Positions 38,000-50,829 are shown, numbered from the whole stretch's first letter. The stretch: DNA of 63,969 bases, filler included, from Octopus bimaculoides (GCF_001194135.2; 9 parts of 8 records of this genome joined end to end with filler, not necessarily neighbours in it); one strand, 5' to 3'. Notes: generated by a model not told the origin, from the letters alone. Numbers and translations: made by a program.

Positions 38000-38749
38000 T
38001 CCCACCCAGTTGTCTTACCCACCCCATCATACCCCCCACACACGATAAGCTTCCACACAGTTTCACTGCTTCTGTCAACCAAATTTCATTCGAAGAATTA
38101 ACCAAATTGAACTAGTGTAGTGGTGATTCGAGACCGAATCGCTAGACACGCGGTCAGAAGCCACGACTTAACCACAATAGTTTCACGTGATTGGTCTAGT
38201 AAGCAACCAATAAGTTTCAAGCCGTGACGTGATTCAATTTACAAAATGTTGACGCAGCTGAGCGACATGTGTCAACTATTCTTGCCAGTCTGAGCGATAT
38301 GCGCCTCCATTCTTGCCAGTAGACAGTTCCAGACATCTATGCAGATGGCCTAAGTTCGCACGCGCATGGGCCTGCGTGTGTGTGTGTGTGTTTATGTGTG
38401 TATGTGTGTTTGTGAGAGTGTGCTTATGATTGTGTGTGTGTGTGTGTCCTTGTGTCTTTGTTTGCCCCACAAATGGTGTGGGTGTATTTACCTCCCAGTA
38501 ACTTAGCGGTTCTATAAGTGAGAACAATAGAATAAGAGCCAGGTTTTAAAAATTAAGTAGAAGGGTCTATTTTTTCGACCAAACCCTTCAATGCAGTGCC
38601 CCAGCATGGCCGCAGTTCAGTTACTGAAACATGCAAAAGATATGTCATGGTTCTCAATAAACTCCCAACTACCTTACAATTTTCAAGATAACTTTGGAAT
38701 TTCTGCAAGTACTGCTCATCCAAAGAAATACACAAATGTAATCAAGATA

Positions 38750-39055
38750 CGGAGGCACATGACTGAGTGGTTAGAGCAGCGGACTCGAGGTCGAGGGATC
38801 ACAGGTTCGAATCTCAGACTGAGCAATGTGTGTGTTTATGAGCGAAACACCTAAGCTCCACGCGGCTCCGGCAGAAGGTAATGGCGAATTTCTGCTGACT
38901 CTTTCGCCACAACTTTCTCTCACTCTTTCGTCTTGCATCTAGCAGTTCACCTGTGACGGACCGGCGTCCCGTCCAGGTGAGGAACCTGTACGCCACTAAA
39001 ACCGGGAAACCGGCCTTTATTAGTCAGGCATGGCTCGAGAAGGAACAAGCAACAA
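38750..39055 (+). mobile_element. tRNA-derived SINE with V-domain-like block
   Basis: tRNA-like head GGAGGCACATGACTGAGTGGTTAGAGCAGCGGACTCGAGGTCGAGGGATCACAGGTTCGAATCTC. Internal CCTGTGACGGACCGGCGTCCCGTCCAGG resembles the V-SINE conserved domain. Confidence 0.7.
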
Positions 39056-39305
39056 TCAAGATAGGTAACGGCTTCTCATCTGATTCAGCTTTTTGTAAAA
39101 GTTATGAAAAACGTACGAGATAAGTTTAAGAATGTCTCGATTCAAACAAAGGAAGAATGAATCAACCAAGCTGCCTTAAAAGTGTAATGTAAACACAGAA
39201 TAGAAACATTACAAGGAACGTAAAAGACAAAGAGGCTATAATGAATCATAGACGAGAAAAAGATTAGTTGATGCACGAAAGAAGTCTTCGTTAAATATTT
39301 TCTAG

Positions 39306-39410
39306 CATCCGGAGATTCTGTTATAAATAGAACAGATAAAAGATTTGGGTATTTAAAAAATGTTGTTGCCAAAATTAATGTTTTAGATCTAAAGTATTTT
39401 GACCACGCAG
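39306..39410 (+). CDS. Candidate symmetric (phase 1-1) 105-bp coding exon, gene unknown
   Basis: ATATTTTCTAG| acceptor and perfect CAG|GTAAGA donor. Open frame xSGDSVINRTDKRFGYLKNVVAKINVLDLKYFDHAx in non-repeat sequence. Confidence 0.4.
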
Positions 39411-39541
39411 GTAAGATGAAATTAGAATTTTTGCAGGCACGTACAGAAGGAGACGTCAACTACGGTTGGACAGAAATGATTCAACAGTTTATTTTATTCA
39501 AAGACACGTGAGATGAGACAAGTGAGCATCACCATCTACTT

Positions 39542-40333
39542 CAGGGATCGGCGAACCGGGGTAAATTACCCCAAGCGGGGTAAAAAATGAAGTTCTTGTG
39601 GGTGATGAGGGCTCATAAGACATAACACTTTACTCTTTTACTTGTTTCAGTCATTTGACTGTGGCCATGCTGGAGCACCGCCTTTAGTCGAGCAAATCGA
39701 CCCCAGGGCTTATTCTTTGGAAGCCTAGTACTTATTCTATCGGTTTCTTTTGCTGAACCACTAAGTTACGGGGACGTAAACACACCAGCATCGGTTGTCA
39801 AGCGATGTTGACGGGGACAAACACAGACACACAAACATATACACACACATACAAATATATGTATATATATATATATATACATATATACGCCGGGTTTTGT
39901 TCAGTTCCCGTCTACCAAATCCACTCACAAGGCTTTGGTCGGCCCGAGGCTGTAGTAGAAGACACTTGCCAAAGGTGCCACGCAGTGGGACTGAACCTGG
40001 AACCATGTGGTTGGTAAGCAAGCTACTTACCACACAGCCACTCCTGCGCCTACATAGACATAAGTAAAATTATATAACAAATGTTTTTCCTTGTTACGGC
40101 AGAAATTTCTCTTCTGGCAACGCTGCATCTGTCCAATGTAATGGACGTGTTTAGGAGACGTCACACCATATTTTATTGCATTTGTTTTATATTTTTTATA
40201 TTTATATTTGTATTTTCCATATAAATAGATTCAATAAACCTCTTGAATTCAAAGAATCAATGATTTTCTTCCTTTCAAATGAATTGGGCAACGTCGGCGT
40301 AAATAGATTAGTTAGAAAGTTCCCCGACCCCTA
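39542..40333. mobile_element. hAT non-autonomous element with perfect 8-bp TSD, containing a nested SINE
   Basis: CAGGGATCGGCGAACC ... AGTTCCCCGACCCCTA. Flanked by ATCTACTT at 39534-39541 and 40334-40341. Confidence 0.88.
39626..40051 (-). mobile_element. Full-length tRNA-derived octopus SINE
   Basis: Head AGGCGCAGGAGTGGCTGTGTGGTAAG...GGTTCAGTCCC (A/B boxes), internal TA/CA microsatellite, AAAGAGT tail, and an approximate TSD CATA(A)GACATAA. Confidence 0.92.
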
Positions 40334-40489
40334 ATCTACTTCAGCCAGGGGCGTAGCCAGGTTCAAAAGTTCGAGGGAGCGCACAAGAAAAAAAAAAAAA
40401 AATTGCAAGTGTCTTCTGCTTTAGCCTTGGGCCGACCAAAATCTTGTGAGTGGATGAGATAAACGGAAACTAAAAGAACCCCCACCCTC

Positions 40490-40522
<33 letters not shown>

Positions 40523-41089
40523 TGTGTGTGTGTCTTTGTGTTTGTGTTTGTCCCCCACCACTGTCTGACAATCGGTGTTGGTGTGTTTACGTCCCCGTAA
40601 ACTTAACGGTCCGGCAAAAGCGACCGATAAAATATTTACCAAGCTTTTAAAAAAACTAAGTTCTGTGGTTGATTGATTCGACTAAAAAAATTCTTCAAGG
40701 CGAAGCCCCAGAAGGGCCGCAGTCTTATGACCGAAACAAATGAAAGAAAGATAACGGAATTAAATACTGGGGGTAGTTTAAAAGGAATTCATAGAAAAGT
40801 TTGCATAGGGGCGGGCATGGCAGTGTAGTTAAAACACTCGCTTTGCAACCATGTGGTTCTGGGTTCGGTCCTATCACCGCTTCTCGAGCTCGGAAAGCAA
40901 TCTTGTTTCACCATGCTGAACTTAACTTGAGGAATGAGACACACAAAGGGAGTAATCATCATCATCATCATCAACAAGCCCTGGACGTTATTGTCTCGAG
41001 TCCTATGGGTCACAGAGTCGGTCACCCGATTTCCATGGCGCGTAAAGCAATCGCAATCAGAACGTTTCCTCAGAACAGGATGCTAAGCA

Positions 41090-41135
<46 letters not shown>

Positions 41136-41211
41136 TTGATGATGATGATGATGATGATGATTACTCCCTTTGTGCGTCTCATTCCTTAGACTCCTCATTA
41201 AACATTTACAC

Positions 41212-41294
41212 CAGTGGTTCCCAACCTTTTCACTACCAAGGATCCTCTTTTATTTAAATGAGTTTTCCTACGGACCCCTTTTAATACGCTTATC

Positions 41295-41343
<49 letters not shown>

Positions 41344-41753
41344 CAAATGGATGTCTTATAAAACTATTCCGCACATACAATAACAGCCGTACCAACAATA
41401 CAACACGCCTAGGAAAGATTAAACACAAACATTATTAATTAAACTACAACGAAGAAAGCACATTTACCTACGTACAATAACAGTATCGGTAAATTCGCCA
41501 TGCTTGACCGCTAAATCTATAAGTTTTTTTTTTTATTCTTTCTGCTTATTTTCCCTTATTCCTTTCTGTTGAAGAGCGTAGACTCGAAACATAAGACTTT
41601 TTCATTTTCCCTGCTTGTTGTTCGTACACCTGTCTTCGCCTTTTCTATAAATTTCAACTATATATATACCAAATTTTGAATTTAGTTCACGGACCCTCAA
41701 TAGTACCTTTGCGGACCACCAGGGATCCGTGGACCACAGATTGAGAACCACTG
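41212..41753. mobile_element. Charlie/MER5-like hAT MITE with nested insertions
   Basis: CAGTGGTTCCCAA ... TTGAGAACCACTG. Flanks ATTTACAC / ATAAACAC (6/8 match). Confidence 0.8.
41562..41596 (+). ncRNA. Decayed minimal type I hammerhead ribozyme motif
   Basis: CTTT-CTGTTGA-A-GAGCGTAGACTC-GAAA-CAT-A-AGA. The core has an A6>U variant, one stem II mismatch, and the stem III palindrome ACGT has decayed to ACAT. Confidence 0.5.
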
Positions 41754-42689
41754 ATAAACACGATAATTCCTTCCTTAACGTAAAAAATATGTAAAAAAAT
41801 TGAATTCATTTTTTATTCCCTTCTTTTTCTACCACCATCAACTTACCAATGTTCAAACTTAACAGAAGCAGCTTTATCGATTTCCCAAGCCCGTGGGACG
41901 GTGGTTGCCAGGTCATGAGAAATGCCTCTCCTCGTTTACCGAGGAACTAGTTAATTTTTAAAAGAATGATCGTGTTTGTATGTTTAAACTTGAATCGAAA
42001 CTAGCGTAATATAACTTTAGAGGGAATTGTTGATCAGTAAAAATAATTATATTTAATCGTGTGTGTGCGCCGACATGAATGTACATTAGATATCTCGGTC
42101 ATAGGAAGGTGTTACTTTTATTAGGGAGAATGACGACCTTGTTAACGTAGGAAATTAAATGAGTTACAAAATATCGTGTGTTGAATAACCTAAACATGTT
42201 ATCACTATGTGCGTCTCTCTCTCTCTCACACACACACTCACTCTCGCCCTCGAATAGACTAAACTAAACAATGAACCACTGAAATCTGAGCCTCGTTTGC
42301 ATGAATTTGTCGAACGTAACATAACAACATCACACCACTTATTTCTCTTGGTTTCCTTTCAAAGTTTTTCTTTGACTTTAAAATAATTTAACAATGAACG
42401 TTTAAAGTTGCTGAAATAAACCCTAGTATATTATAGGACAGTGATCTCTTTTTTAAATCAGAATAAGCACTTTACTTCCTGATTTGTATTAAGACAGTTT
42501 CACTAGCGTCGCCTTTCTGTTTGCCGCCTCCGGACCCCACGAAAAACACATATTGCCTACAGCAGACCCCCAAAGTGCCGCCCCAACCGCTCCGCCCTCC
42601 AGCTACGCTAGTGGACAGTTTACCTAAGGTGTTTTGGAGATAGAGTGTCAGTCTCATAAGCTACATGTTAGACATTTCTGGTAAGAGTT

Positions 42690-42898
42690 AAGGATTTCCT
42701 AGCCATATCGCGGTTCACTTATCACGTGCTCAGTATGTCGCGGATTTTTCTGGCTAACATATGTAAATTTATATCGCGGACTCCTCAATATGTCCGGGTC
42801 TGCGGCCGATAGATGTTTTTTATTTTTATTTTAGATTTTAATTATTTCCGTGGGAGTTTTTGGAACGCAACACCCGCGATATTCGAGGGATTACTGTA
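42690..42898. mobile_element. Tigger/pogo-like MITE
   Basis: Right end CGCGATATTCGAGGGATTACTG-TA. Left end decayed (GCCATATCGCGGTTCAC). Repeated TCGCGG subterminal motifs. Confidence 0.7.
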
Positions 42899-44122
42899 TA
42901 TAACTTTTGAAGGTAGATATTGCTAAGAAATTAAAAGAGTGAAAAAACGGAGTAAAGTCACGTGTAACTTGTATGAAAAGTCAATGCGATGTGTTGTGTT
43001 TTACAAAAGGACATTTTTATCTCCTTATGTTTCTTTTGTACGATACAATATGGCGGCGAACTGACAGGATGGTCAGCACGTAGGGCAAAATGCTTAGCGA
43101 CATTTCTTTCGGCTCTTGACATTCTGAGTTCACCGAGGTCAACTTTGTCTTTCAAACCTTCGAAGTTGATAAAATAAAGTACCAGTCAAGTACTGGGGCC
43201 GCTGTAGTCGACTTGCTCCCTCCTCTCAAAATTTGTTGACTTTGAACCATGCAATCGACCGGAACCCTGCTGAGAAGGAATTATGCGATTTCAGTCATTT
43301 ATATACGCCGTGGAAACAGGGTAGTTGGCCTTACGAGTCCGCGGGAAATCTGTGTATCTACTTTAAGTATGATATCACAGATTGCTATTGTGTACTAATA
43401 CTGCCTCCGTCGCTCATAACGAATTATTGTTATTATTTAACTGCAGGATAGTCCTGGTCTAGCAGAACCTACGACCAAGAGTTTTCCACGTATTTCCATC
43501 GACTACAACATCCAATGAACGCATTCTTGCTTTATGATATAGGGTATAATATGGCTATTGTATCTAGCAAAACGAGTGACTCCATAGAAGAACCCTTGTT
43601 TGTGAAGATGGCTGTCAAAGTCTTATTGCTCATTGTGCATATTTCCAATGTTAAACCTGCTACGTGCTTCAACAGCAGTTATGCTAATGTTGACATCAGG
43701 AACCCAATACCATTCGTTACCGATTTATCAATCTGCCATTGATCATAATCAAGATTGCAATCTTCTCAAGGAAATATTCTAAAAATATATATCTATCTCA
43801 AAAATACTCTCATAATTAATTCCACTGATTCCGACAGCGAAATAATCGTCTGCAAACAATTCGTTTGCTTTTTGTTTTCTTTCGCTATTTAATGCAAGAA
43901 TGGCCGTTGGCAGTTGGTTTTAATCAAATAAAACTTGTTAAATTTCTAGTATCTACGAAAAGCAGTCCCCAGAAATCAATCTATCAATTAAGAAAAAGTC
44001 ATTAACAACCGGTTATTTTATTTTTGATATGCAATATAATTTTATACAAAATAAACAAACGAACGGTTCTATTTTACATTTTTTTTTACATCAGTACTTC
44101 AGATGCTTCACACATTTTCAGA

Positions 44123-44234
44123 AGAAATTAAGATATTCTAGTGCGCATGCGTACTACCTACGTACGCATATACGCATGTATGTATGTATGTATGTATGTA
44201 TGTATGTATGTATGCATGTATGTATGTATGTATG

Positions 44235-44277
<43 letters not shown>

Positions 44278-44373
44278 GTGCGGTGTGTGTGTGAATGTTT
44301 CTATGAATGGATATGTGTATATATGTATGCGTGTATGCGTGTTTGTATGTATGCGCGTATGCATGTGTGTTAG
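44123..44373 (+). repeat. Source copy of a ~240-bp dispersed duplication (second copy at 45549-45787)
   Basis: Identical unique sequence in both copies; only the microsatellite unit counts differ. Confidence 0.95.
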
Positions 44374-44621
44374 TGTGAATGTATGTTTGTTTGGGCACAT
44401 GCATGAATATATTTGTATGCATGCATGTATGTATCTGTGTATTATTCATGTATGTGTGTGTATATGCGTGTGTGTGTGTGTGTTTATGTATATGCGTATA
44501 TTTGTGTGCGCGCTCGTCTTTAGGTTCGCGTGTCAACGCTTGACAACAGTAGTTGGTTTGTTTGCGTCCCTGTACGTAAATTCGTCGCAGAATTAGCATC
44601 AGACTACTGCTGCTGCTGCTG

Positions 44622-44677
<56 letters not shown>

Positions 44678-46183
44678 ACTACTACTACTATTACAACTAC
44701 TACTACTACTACTACTACTTTCACCACCACCACCACTACCATTACTACTACTACTACTACTACTACTAGTAGTAGTAGTTGTTGTTGTTGTTGTTGTTGC
44801 CATTTTTAAATGATCGAGATAGAATGGTATCGAGCCCAAAGCGTACTCGCCAACCCAACAAACAGCCATTCAGTTTTGTCGGTGATTCTCCTCTAAAAGA
44901 TAAATAATAACTTGGCTATCACAAGTTCGATGAGAAACTCAATGGAATTAATCAAATCTCTCGGAGGAACTGATTACTGATAAACCTCGGTGTCAAACGA
45001 TTAATTACTTTAGATTTCATCTAAAAATAGAACAATCATTTATTCTTTCACTTTGGTAATTAAGTAACATGATTCGTTATAGATTCTACAGAGATATGAA
45101 ATTAATTTTCCGATGAGTAATAAGGTTCATTTCTCATCTGAGCGTATTTAGTCCCTTTTGTTTTCAACACATTCGTAGCAAATCTATAGAACTAACCGTT
45201 CTGCATGGAGGCGGAGAGGTTTCTAGTGCTAATTATTCCTGCGAGATAAACTGAGTTAAATAAAAGTCAAAGAAAACAAAATCTAAAGGAAAAATAATGA
45301 AACGATATCTCCAAGATATTTACAACTCAAGAAAATGCAATAACTGAATCGACTTGAAAATTAAGTCCCATCCCGTTTTCATTTTTATTACTAATTCTTA
45401 TTATTCCCGATAAACGATTTGCAAGTAAATATCAAATTGATCACTTATTGAGTTCGTTCTTAGAATATTTCATATATTCTTGTTTGAAAGCCTCTCGGAT
45501 AGTTCAGTTTGTGTTGACACATTTAGGAGGGGAAGGCGACGAGCTGAGAGAAATTAAGATATTCTAGTGCGCATGCGTACTACCTACGTACGCATATACG
45601 CATGTATGTATGTATGTATGTATGTATGTATGTATGTATGCATGTATGTATGTATGTATGTATGTATGTATCTATCTATCTATCTATCTATGTGCGGTGT
45701 GTGTGTGAATGTTTCTATGAATGGATATGTGTATATATGTATGCGTGTATGCGTGTTTGTATGTATGCGCGTATGCATGTGTGTTAGCGCACCGGACAAA
45801 ATGCTTGGCGCCGAGGTTAACGTTTCATGCCATAGATACAATAAGTACAAGTTGAACACTGGGGGCTGATGTAATCGACCAGCCCCTCCCATAAAAGCGC
45901 TGGACTTGTGCCAAAACTTGGAACCATATTTAAAGTAGGGAAGAGAATGGAATTGAAATTACTCAGACGTTTCTATCTTATTGTTTACTTTCACCAGGAA
46001 AATTCAGGCGTGGCTGTGTGGTAAGAAGCTTGCTTACCAACCACACGGACCCGGGTTCAGTCCCACTGCATGGCACCTTGGGCGTGTGTCTTTTACTATA
46101 GCCTCGGGCCGACCAAAGCTTTGTGAGTGGATTTGGTAGACGGAAACTGAAAGAAGCCCGTCGTATATACATATATGTGTGTG

Positions 46184-46226
<43 letters not shown>

Positions 46227-47147
46227 NNNNNNNNNNNNNNNNNNNNNNNNNNNNNNNNNNNNNNNNNNNNNNNNNNNNNNNNNNNNNNNNNNNNNNNNNN
46301 NNNNNNNNNNNNNNNNNNNNNNNNNNNNNNNNNNNNNNNNNNNNNNNNNNNNNNNNNNNNNNNNNNNNNNNNNNNNNNNNNNNNNNNNNNNNNNNNNNNN
46401 NNNNNNNNNNNNNNNNNNNNNNNNNNNNNNNNNNNNNNNNNNNNNNNNNNNNNNNNNNNNNNNNNNNNNNNNNNNNNNNNNNNNNNNNNNNNNNNNNNNN
46501 NNNNNNNNNNNNNNNNNNNNNNNNNNNNNNNNNNNNNNNNNNNNNNNNNNNNNNNNNNNNNNNNNNNNNNNNNNNNNTCTTACACACACACACATGCACT
46601 TATACGACGGGCTTCTTCCAGTTTCTGTCGACCAACTCCACTAACATGTGGTTTGGAAGCAAGTTTCTTACCACACACCCATGCTTGCGCCTAGGCAAGC
46701 ATGTTTAATCCCTCAGAATATTGTCGTTCTCTACACGAACGCTCACTAATCTGCCGTTTCAAATTGTCGTATTTATACGATTCTAAAATCATTCGGCTAA
46801 TAAGTACCATGAGGAGAGATAACAGAACGGCTGATCGTTCGAGTTACGTGATTGCTATCCTGTGTCTTAGATTAAGTTACCTGACTCTTCCATTCATGCG
46901 CGAGTGGCAACGAAAGGACTTTGACAAACATGGCTGACAGAAACTGCGAGATAAGCTGAGTAAAATAAAAGTCAAAGAAAAAAATGTAAAAGTGACACCA
47001 TCTTCGTTCCTCGCATACCAGTTTCTGGAGAGATTACATCTTTTCTTTGGTGGCATATTTTTTTTCAGCATTGTAAACCAAAAATCATGAACTAGAAGAA
47101 ATTATACAGCAATCTCTATTACTGTAAGTAGTTGTATGTATGTGTAA

Positions 47148-47430
47148 TGTAATCGCCATACTGTATTAATAAATAAAATAATACATAAAACTCATTTATT
47201 ATTGTCATACAATAAACAAACAGAAGTTCATGTATGAAATTTAATATTTTCCTACTTAAATTATTACATGTTTTTCTCATGTAGCAATATTATGTAATTG
47301 CCATTACTGTATTAATAAACAAAATAACACACACAACAGCTCACTTATTATTGTCATATAATAAACAAACAGAAGTTCATGTATGAAATTTATCTTTTTT
47401 CTACTTCCATTATTATATATTTTTCTCTTA
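47148..47430. repeat. Diverged tandem duplication, ~145-bp unit
   Basis: ACTGTATTAATAAA.AAAATAA...TTATTATTGTCATA.AATAAACAAACAGAAGTTCATGTATGAAATTTA occurs twice. Confidence 0.85.
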
Positions 47431-48864
47431 TAAAAATACACACATACAGGAGGAGTAAATTATATATATAATACTATGAACGTGGCTCTTGAGAAACAGT
47501 AAAAGTAATTACCCGATCAACGACGGGTATTACTACTACTACTAGTATANNNNNNNNNNNNNNNNNNNNNNNNNNNNNNNNNNNNNNNNNNNNNNNNNNN
47601 NNNNNNNNNNNNNNNNNNNNNNNNNNNNNNNNNNNNNNNNNNNNNNNNNNNNNNNNNNNNNNNNNNNNNNNNNNNNNNNNNNNNNNNNNNNNNNNNNNNN
47701 NNNNNNNNNNNNNNNNNNNNNNNNNNNNNNNNNNNNNNNNNNNNNNNNNNNNNNNNNNNNNNNNNNNNNNNNNNNNNNNNNNNNNNNNNNNNNNNNNNNN
47801 NNNNNNNNNNNNNNNNNNNNNNNNNNNNNNNNNNNNNNNNNNNNNNNNNNNNNNNNNNNNNNNNNNNNNNNNNNNNNNNNNNNNNNNNNNNNNNNNNNNN
47901 NNNNNNNNNNNNNNNNNNNNNNNNNNNNNNNNNNNNNNNNNNNNNNNNNNNNNNNNNNNNNNNNNNNNNNNNNNNNNNNNNNNNNNNNNNNNNNATATAT
48001 ATATTATATATATATATGACCAGATATATATTTAACTGCATGTGAATACATTACATCTCTATTCCTTAGAGTGTGTTTCGTTTTTGAATATACGACCCAC
48101 TGACCATGTGTATGCGTGTGTGTATCCGCGCGCGTGCGTGCGTGTGTGAGTAAACATGCAATTCACCTCATTAGAGATGCTTGGTTTTCTGTTAAAAAGT
48201 AATTTCAGAAATCGCCCAGAAGCGCCGAGACTATTATAAGTCAGCCAAGTTCATTGGGATGTCCTTCAAATTCGTACCCTAATGTAAGCTGAAAAATCTT
48301 TGTAGGAAAATATGCCGCTGAGACTGAATATTAAATTGTTGCAATATTAAACGAAATTGTACAAGCAAAATCTTTATCGATACAGTAACAGCTAAACATT
48401 AATCAACCAAATATTGATTGATTGAAACTATACCTATGTAGGCGCTAATAAATCATCTATTGATTTTGATGCAATAAAAATTGGAATGTGGTTTCTATTG
48501 ATCATTATTGATAGATTAAAACGATAGAAGCAAACAAAAATTTAGACAATAAAGTAGAATGCAAATTAAGTTTCAGCCATATTAGAATTTACAATTGAAG
48601 AAAATATAATTCCGTTGTATCTGTATTTTATGTCTGTCTGTCTGTCTAACCGCTTCTCTTCTCTTTTTTCCTTTCTATTTCTCGCTTTCACCTTTATACA
48701 TTTACAAGCGTACACATAATTCATACATACACATACAGAAAGTGTAACACATATATAAGATATGTATGAATATCATATATATGTGTATGTGTGTGTGTGT
48801 GTATGTGTGTGTGTGTGTCTGTATGTATGTATGCCTCTTGTTTGCTTTGTTTCATGCTCTTGCT

Positions 48865-48970
48865 TGATGGAGTTGGGGGTCACCCCAGATTAGTGATCCC
48901 AGAAACGTCATCATACGAGGAGCCGACCAGGTTCACTAGTGCTCTCCATCGCTGGCAGTCCCGTGCCAGT
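48865..48970 (-). mobile_element. RTE LINE extreme 3' coding fragment
   Basis: ARDCQRWRALVNLVGSS matches the RTE terminal AxDRxxWRxLV motif. Confidence 0.55.
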
Positions 48971-49199
48971 CTCTGTACATACATACATACATACATACAT
49001 ACATACATACATACATACATGGGATGATGTTTAAAACTGAAAAGTGTCGGTGAGCCTAGTTAATTCGTGTGACCATCCGCAACTGGTGCATTTCCGTTCC
49101 ATACCCCAGACATACTAGGGCGGCGCCAGACTGAGTACTATACTCCTATGGTCGACTTGTACCCAGTTTAGCTAACGACGTCACTCAGGCCTGAATCTT

Positions 49200-49720
49200 G
49201 GATCTGTGAGCGACTCAGATATCGTCGCAGGTCTACAGTAGACATTTTCAAACCCCACCAATTGTCATACGACCTCAGCCCTGGATATTTCCCGTTGTAT
49301 TCCATCGTCAATGATATCATCAAACCAAACGTGGTCTGGATACAGCCGGTTTCCCGTCGTAGCTGGAACCGACAGATTAAAATCGCGACGACAGTAAAAG
49401 AACAAACGGCGTCACAGTCTTCCCATGACGAGGTGGTAAATCCCTAATTTGGAATGCAGTTTGCAGCGATACTTTCTCCAGCAGCGACCTGGAGTGATCA
49501 AGACCAGGTTTTATCCTCCAATAAAAAGACTACTTCAATCTGCTTAAGTCCCGTCTACTCGCCGATAGTTTTCTTTTCGGTTCACAAGCGCAAAAAATGT
49601 CCAGCGTCTTGGGTTCCCGAACAACCACAGTAATATACACTGCGAAGTGAAAATGGCTCTATCGGAAGATTCATTAGATTGTACTCTCGTATAAAATATT
49701 GTAAAAGCCGCATTTTGGAA
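49200..49720 (+). mobile_element. CRE-clade (restriction-like endonuclease) non-LTR retrotransposon 3' fragment
   Basis: STVDIFKPHQLSY...SIVNDIIK / KRGLDTAGFPS*LEP...DDSKRTNGVTVFP*RGGKSLIWNAVCSDTFSSS corresponds to the decayed CCHC knuckle plus the RPDG...WDxTCxDT RLE motifs. Confidence 0.75.
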
Positions 49721-50480
49721 ATAATTCTGGGAATTATGAGGACAACCAGTTAATCATTGAGTAGAAGCAGTTAATCGAAAGCATGAAGAAGATTAACAAA
49801 TTCAATATACCGGATATGATTTATTACTCGATCCACTTTGGCCGATAACAATATGCAATTGGTGCTTATATTATAACTGTAGTGATTGGGGATTGATGGA
49901 GGACAGGAAACCAAGCTCAACTTATTGACAAGACCGGATTTTAAAATTGTAAGCTACCAAACAAGTTTGCAATGATACAGCCTAGATCAGCTCTCATTTT
50001 TAGTTCTATTTATGGCAAAGACTAAAATAGAGTAACGTTACAATGGTTTCAAATTTTGGCACAAGGCCAGCAATTTCGGGGAAAGGGTAAGTCGATGATA
50101 TTGACCCTGTTGATCAGCTGGTACTTATTCAAACGACTCCGAAAGGATGAAAGGTAAAGTCAACCTCGGCAGAATTTTAACTGAGAACGTAAAGACGGAC
50201 GAAATATCGCCAAGCATTTTACGCGATATGCTAACGATTCTACCAGCTCACCGCCTTAGATAATAACGTTATGATAAATACCATCTTGAATATCGTTCTG
50301 TAACACGTGACCTACTTAGGTGATGCGGCAGAGAAATGAAATTGGCAAAATCTCTAGGACATTAGGCAAAATAGTTTGTAGCATTTACTCAAGGCCGTTA
50401 AATTCAAATCCCATTGGAGATTCAGATGTCGGGAACCGAATTTATAATATTAATATTTCTCATCTATAACTGACGGTGCT

Positions 50481-50532
<52 letters not shown>

Positions 50533-50794
50533 TCATTTCTTCATTCTTTCTTTTTTCTTTCTTTCTTTTTTTTCTTTTTCTTTTTCAATGATATCTTTCT
50601 TTTCGTTTAGAACTATGATGTAGCATTTTAGCATTATAGTTGAACGCCAGGTCAACTAGGATCAAGGAAACCGATGATCAAAGACCTTGCTTTGATCATC
50701 TTATGACTAAAACGAGTCAAAAGATAAAGAGATATTGTTCTGTCTCTATGTAGATGTGTGTGTGTGTGCGTGTGTGCGTGTGTGCGTGTGTGTG

Positions 50795-50829
<35 letters not shown>

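Noticed and set aside
38750-38825. tRNA gene
   Set aside because: The tRNA-like head runs straight into a SINE body and the acceptor stem does not close.
43560-43760. Possible LINE apurinic endonuclease fragment (minus, ...NGIGFLMS...)
   Set aside because: Similarity is limited to one short motif; too weak to call.
45242-46990. ~40-bp similarity between 45242-45283 and 46947-46985 suggesting duplicated coding sequence
   Set aside because: Short and A-rich, the flanking frames are full of stops, and no protein family was recognisable.
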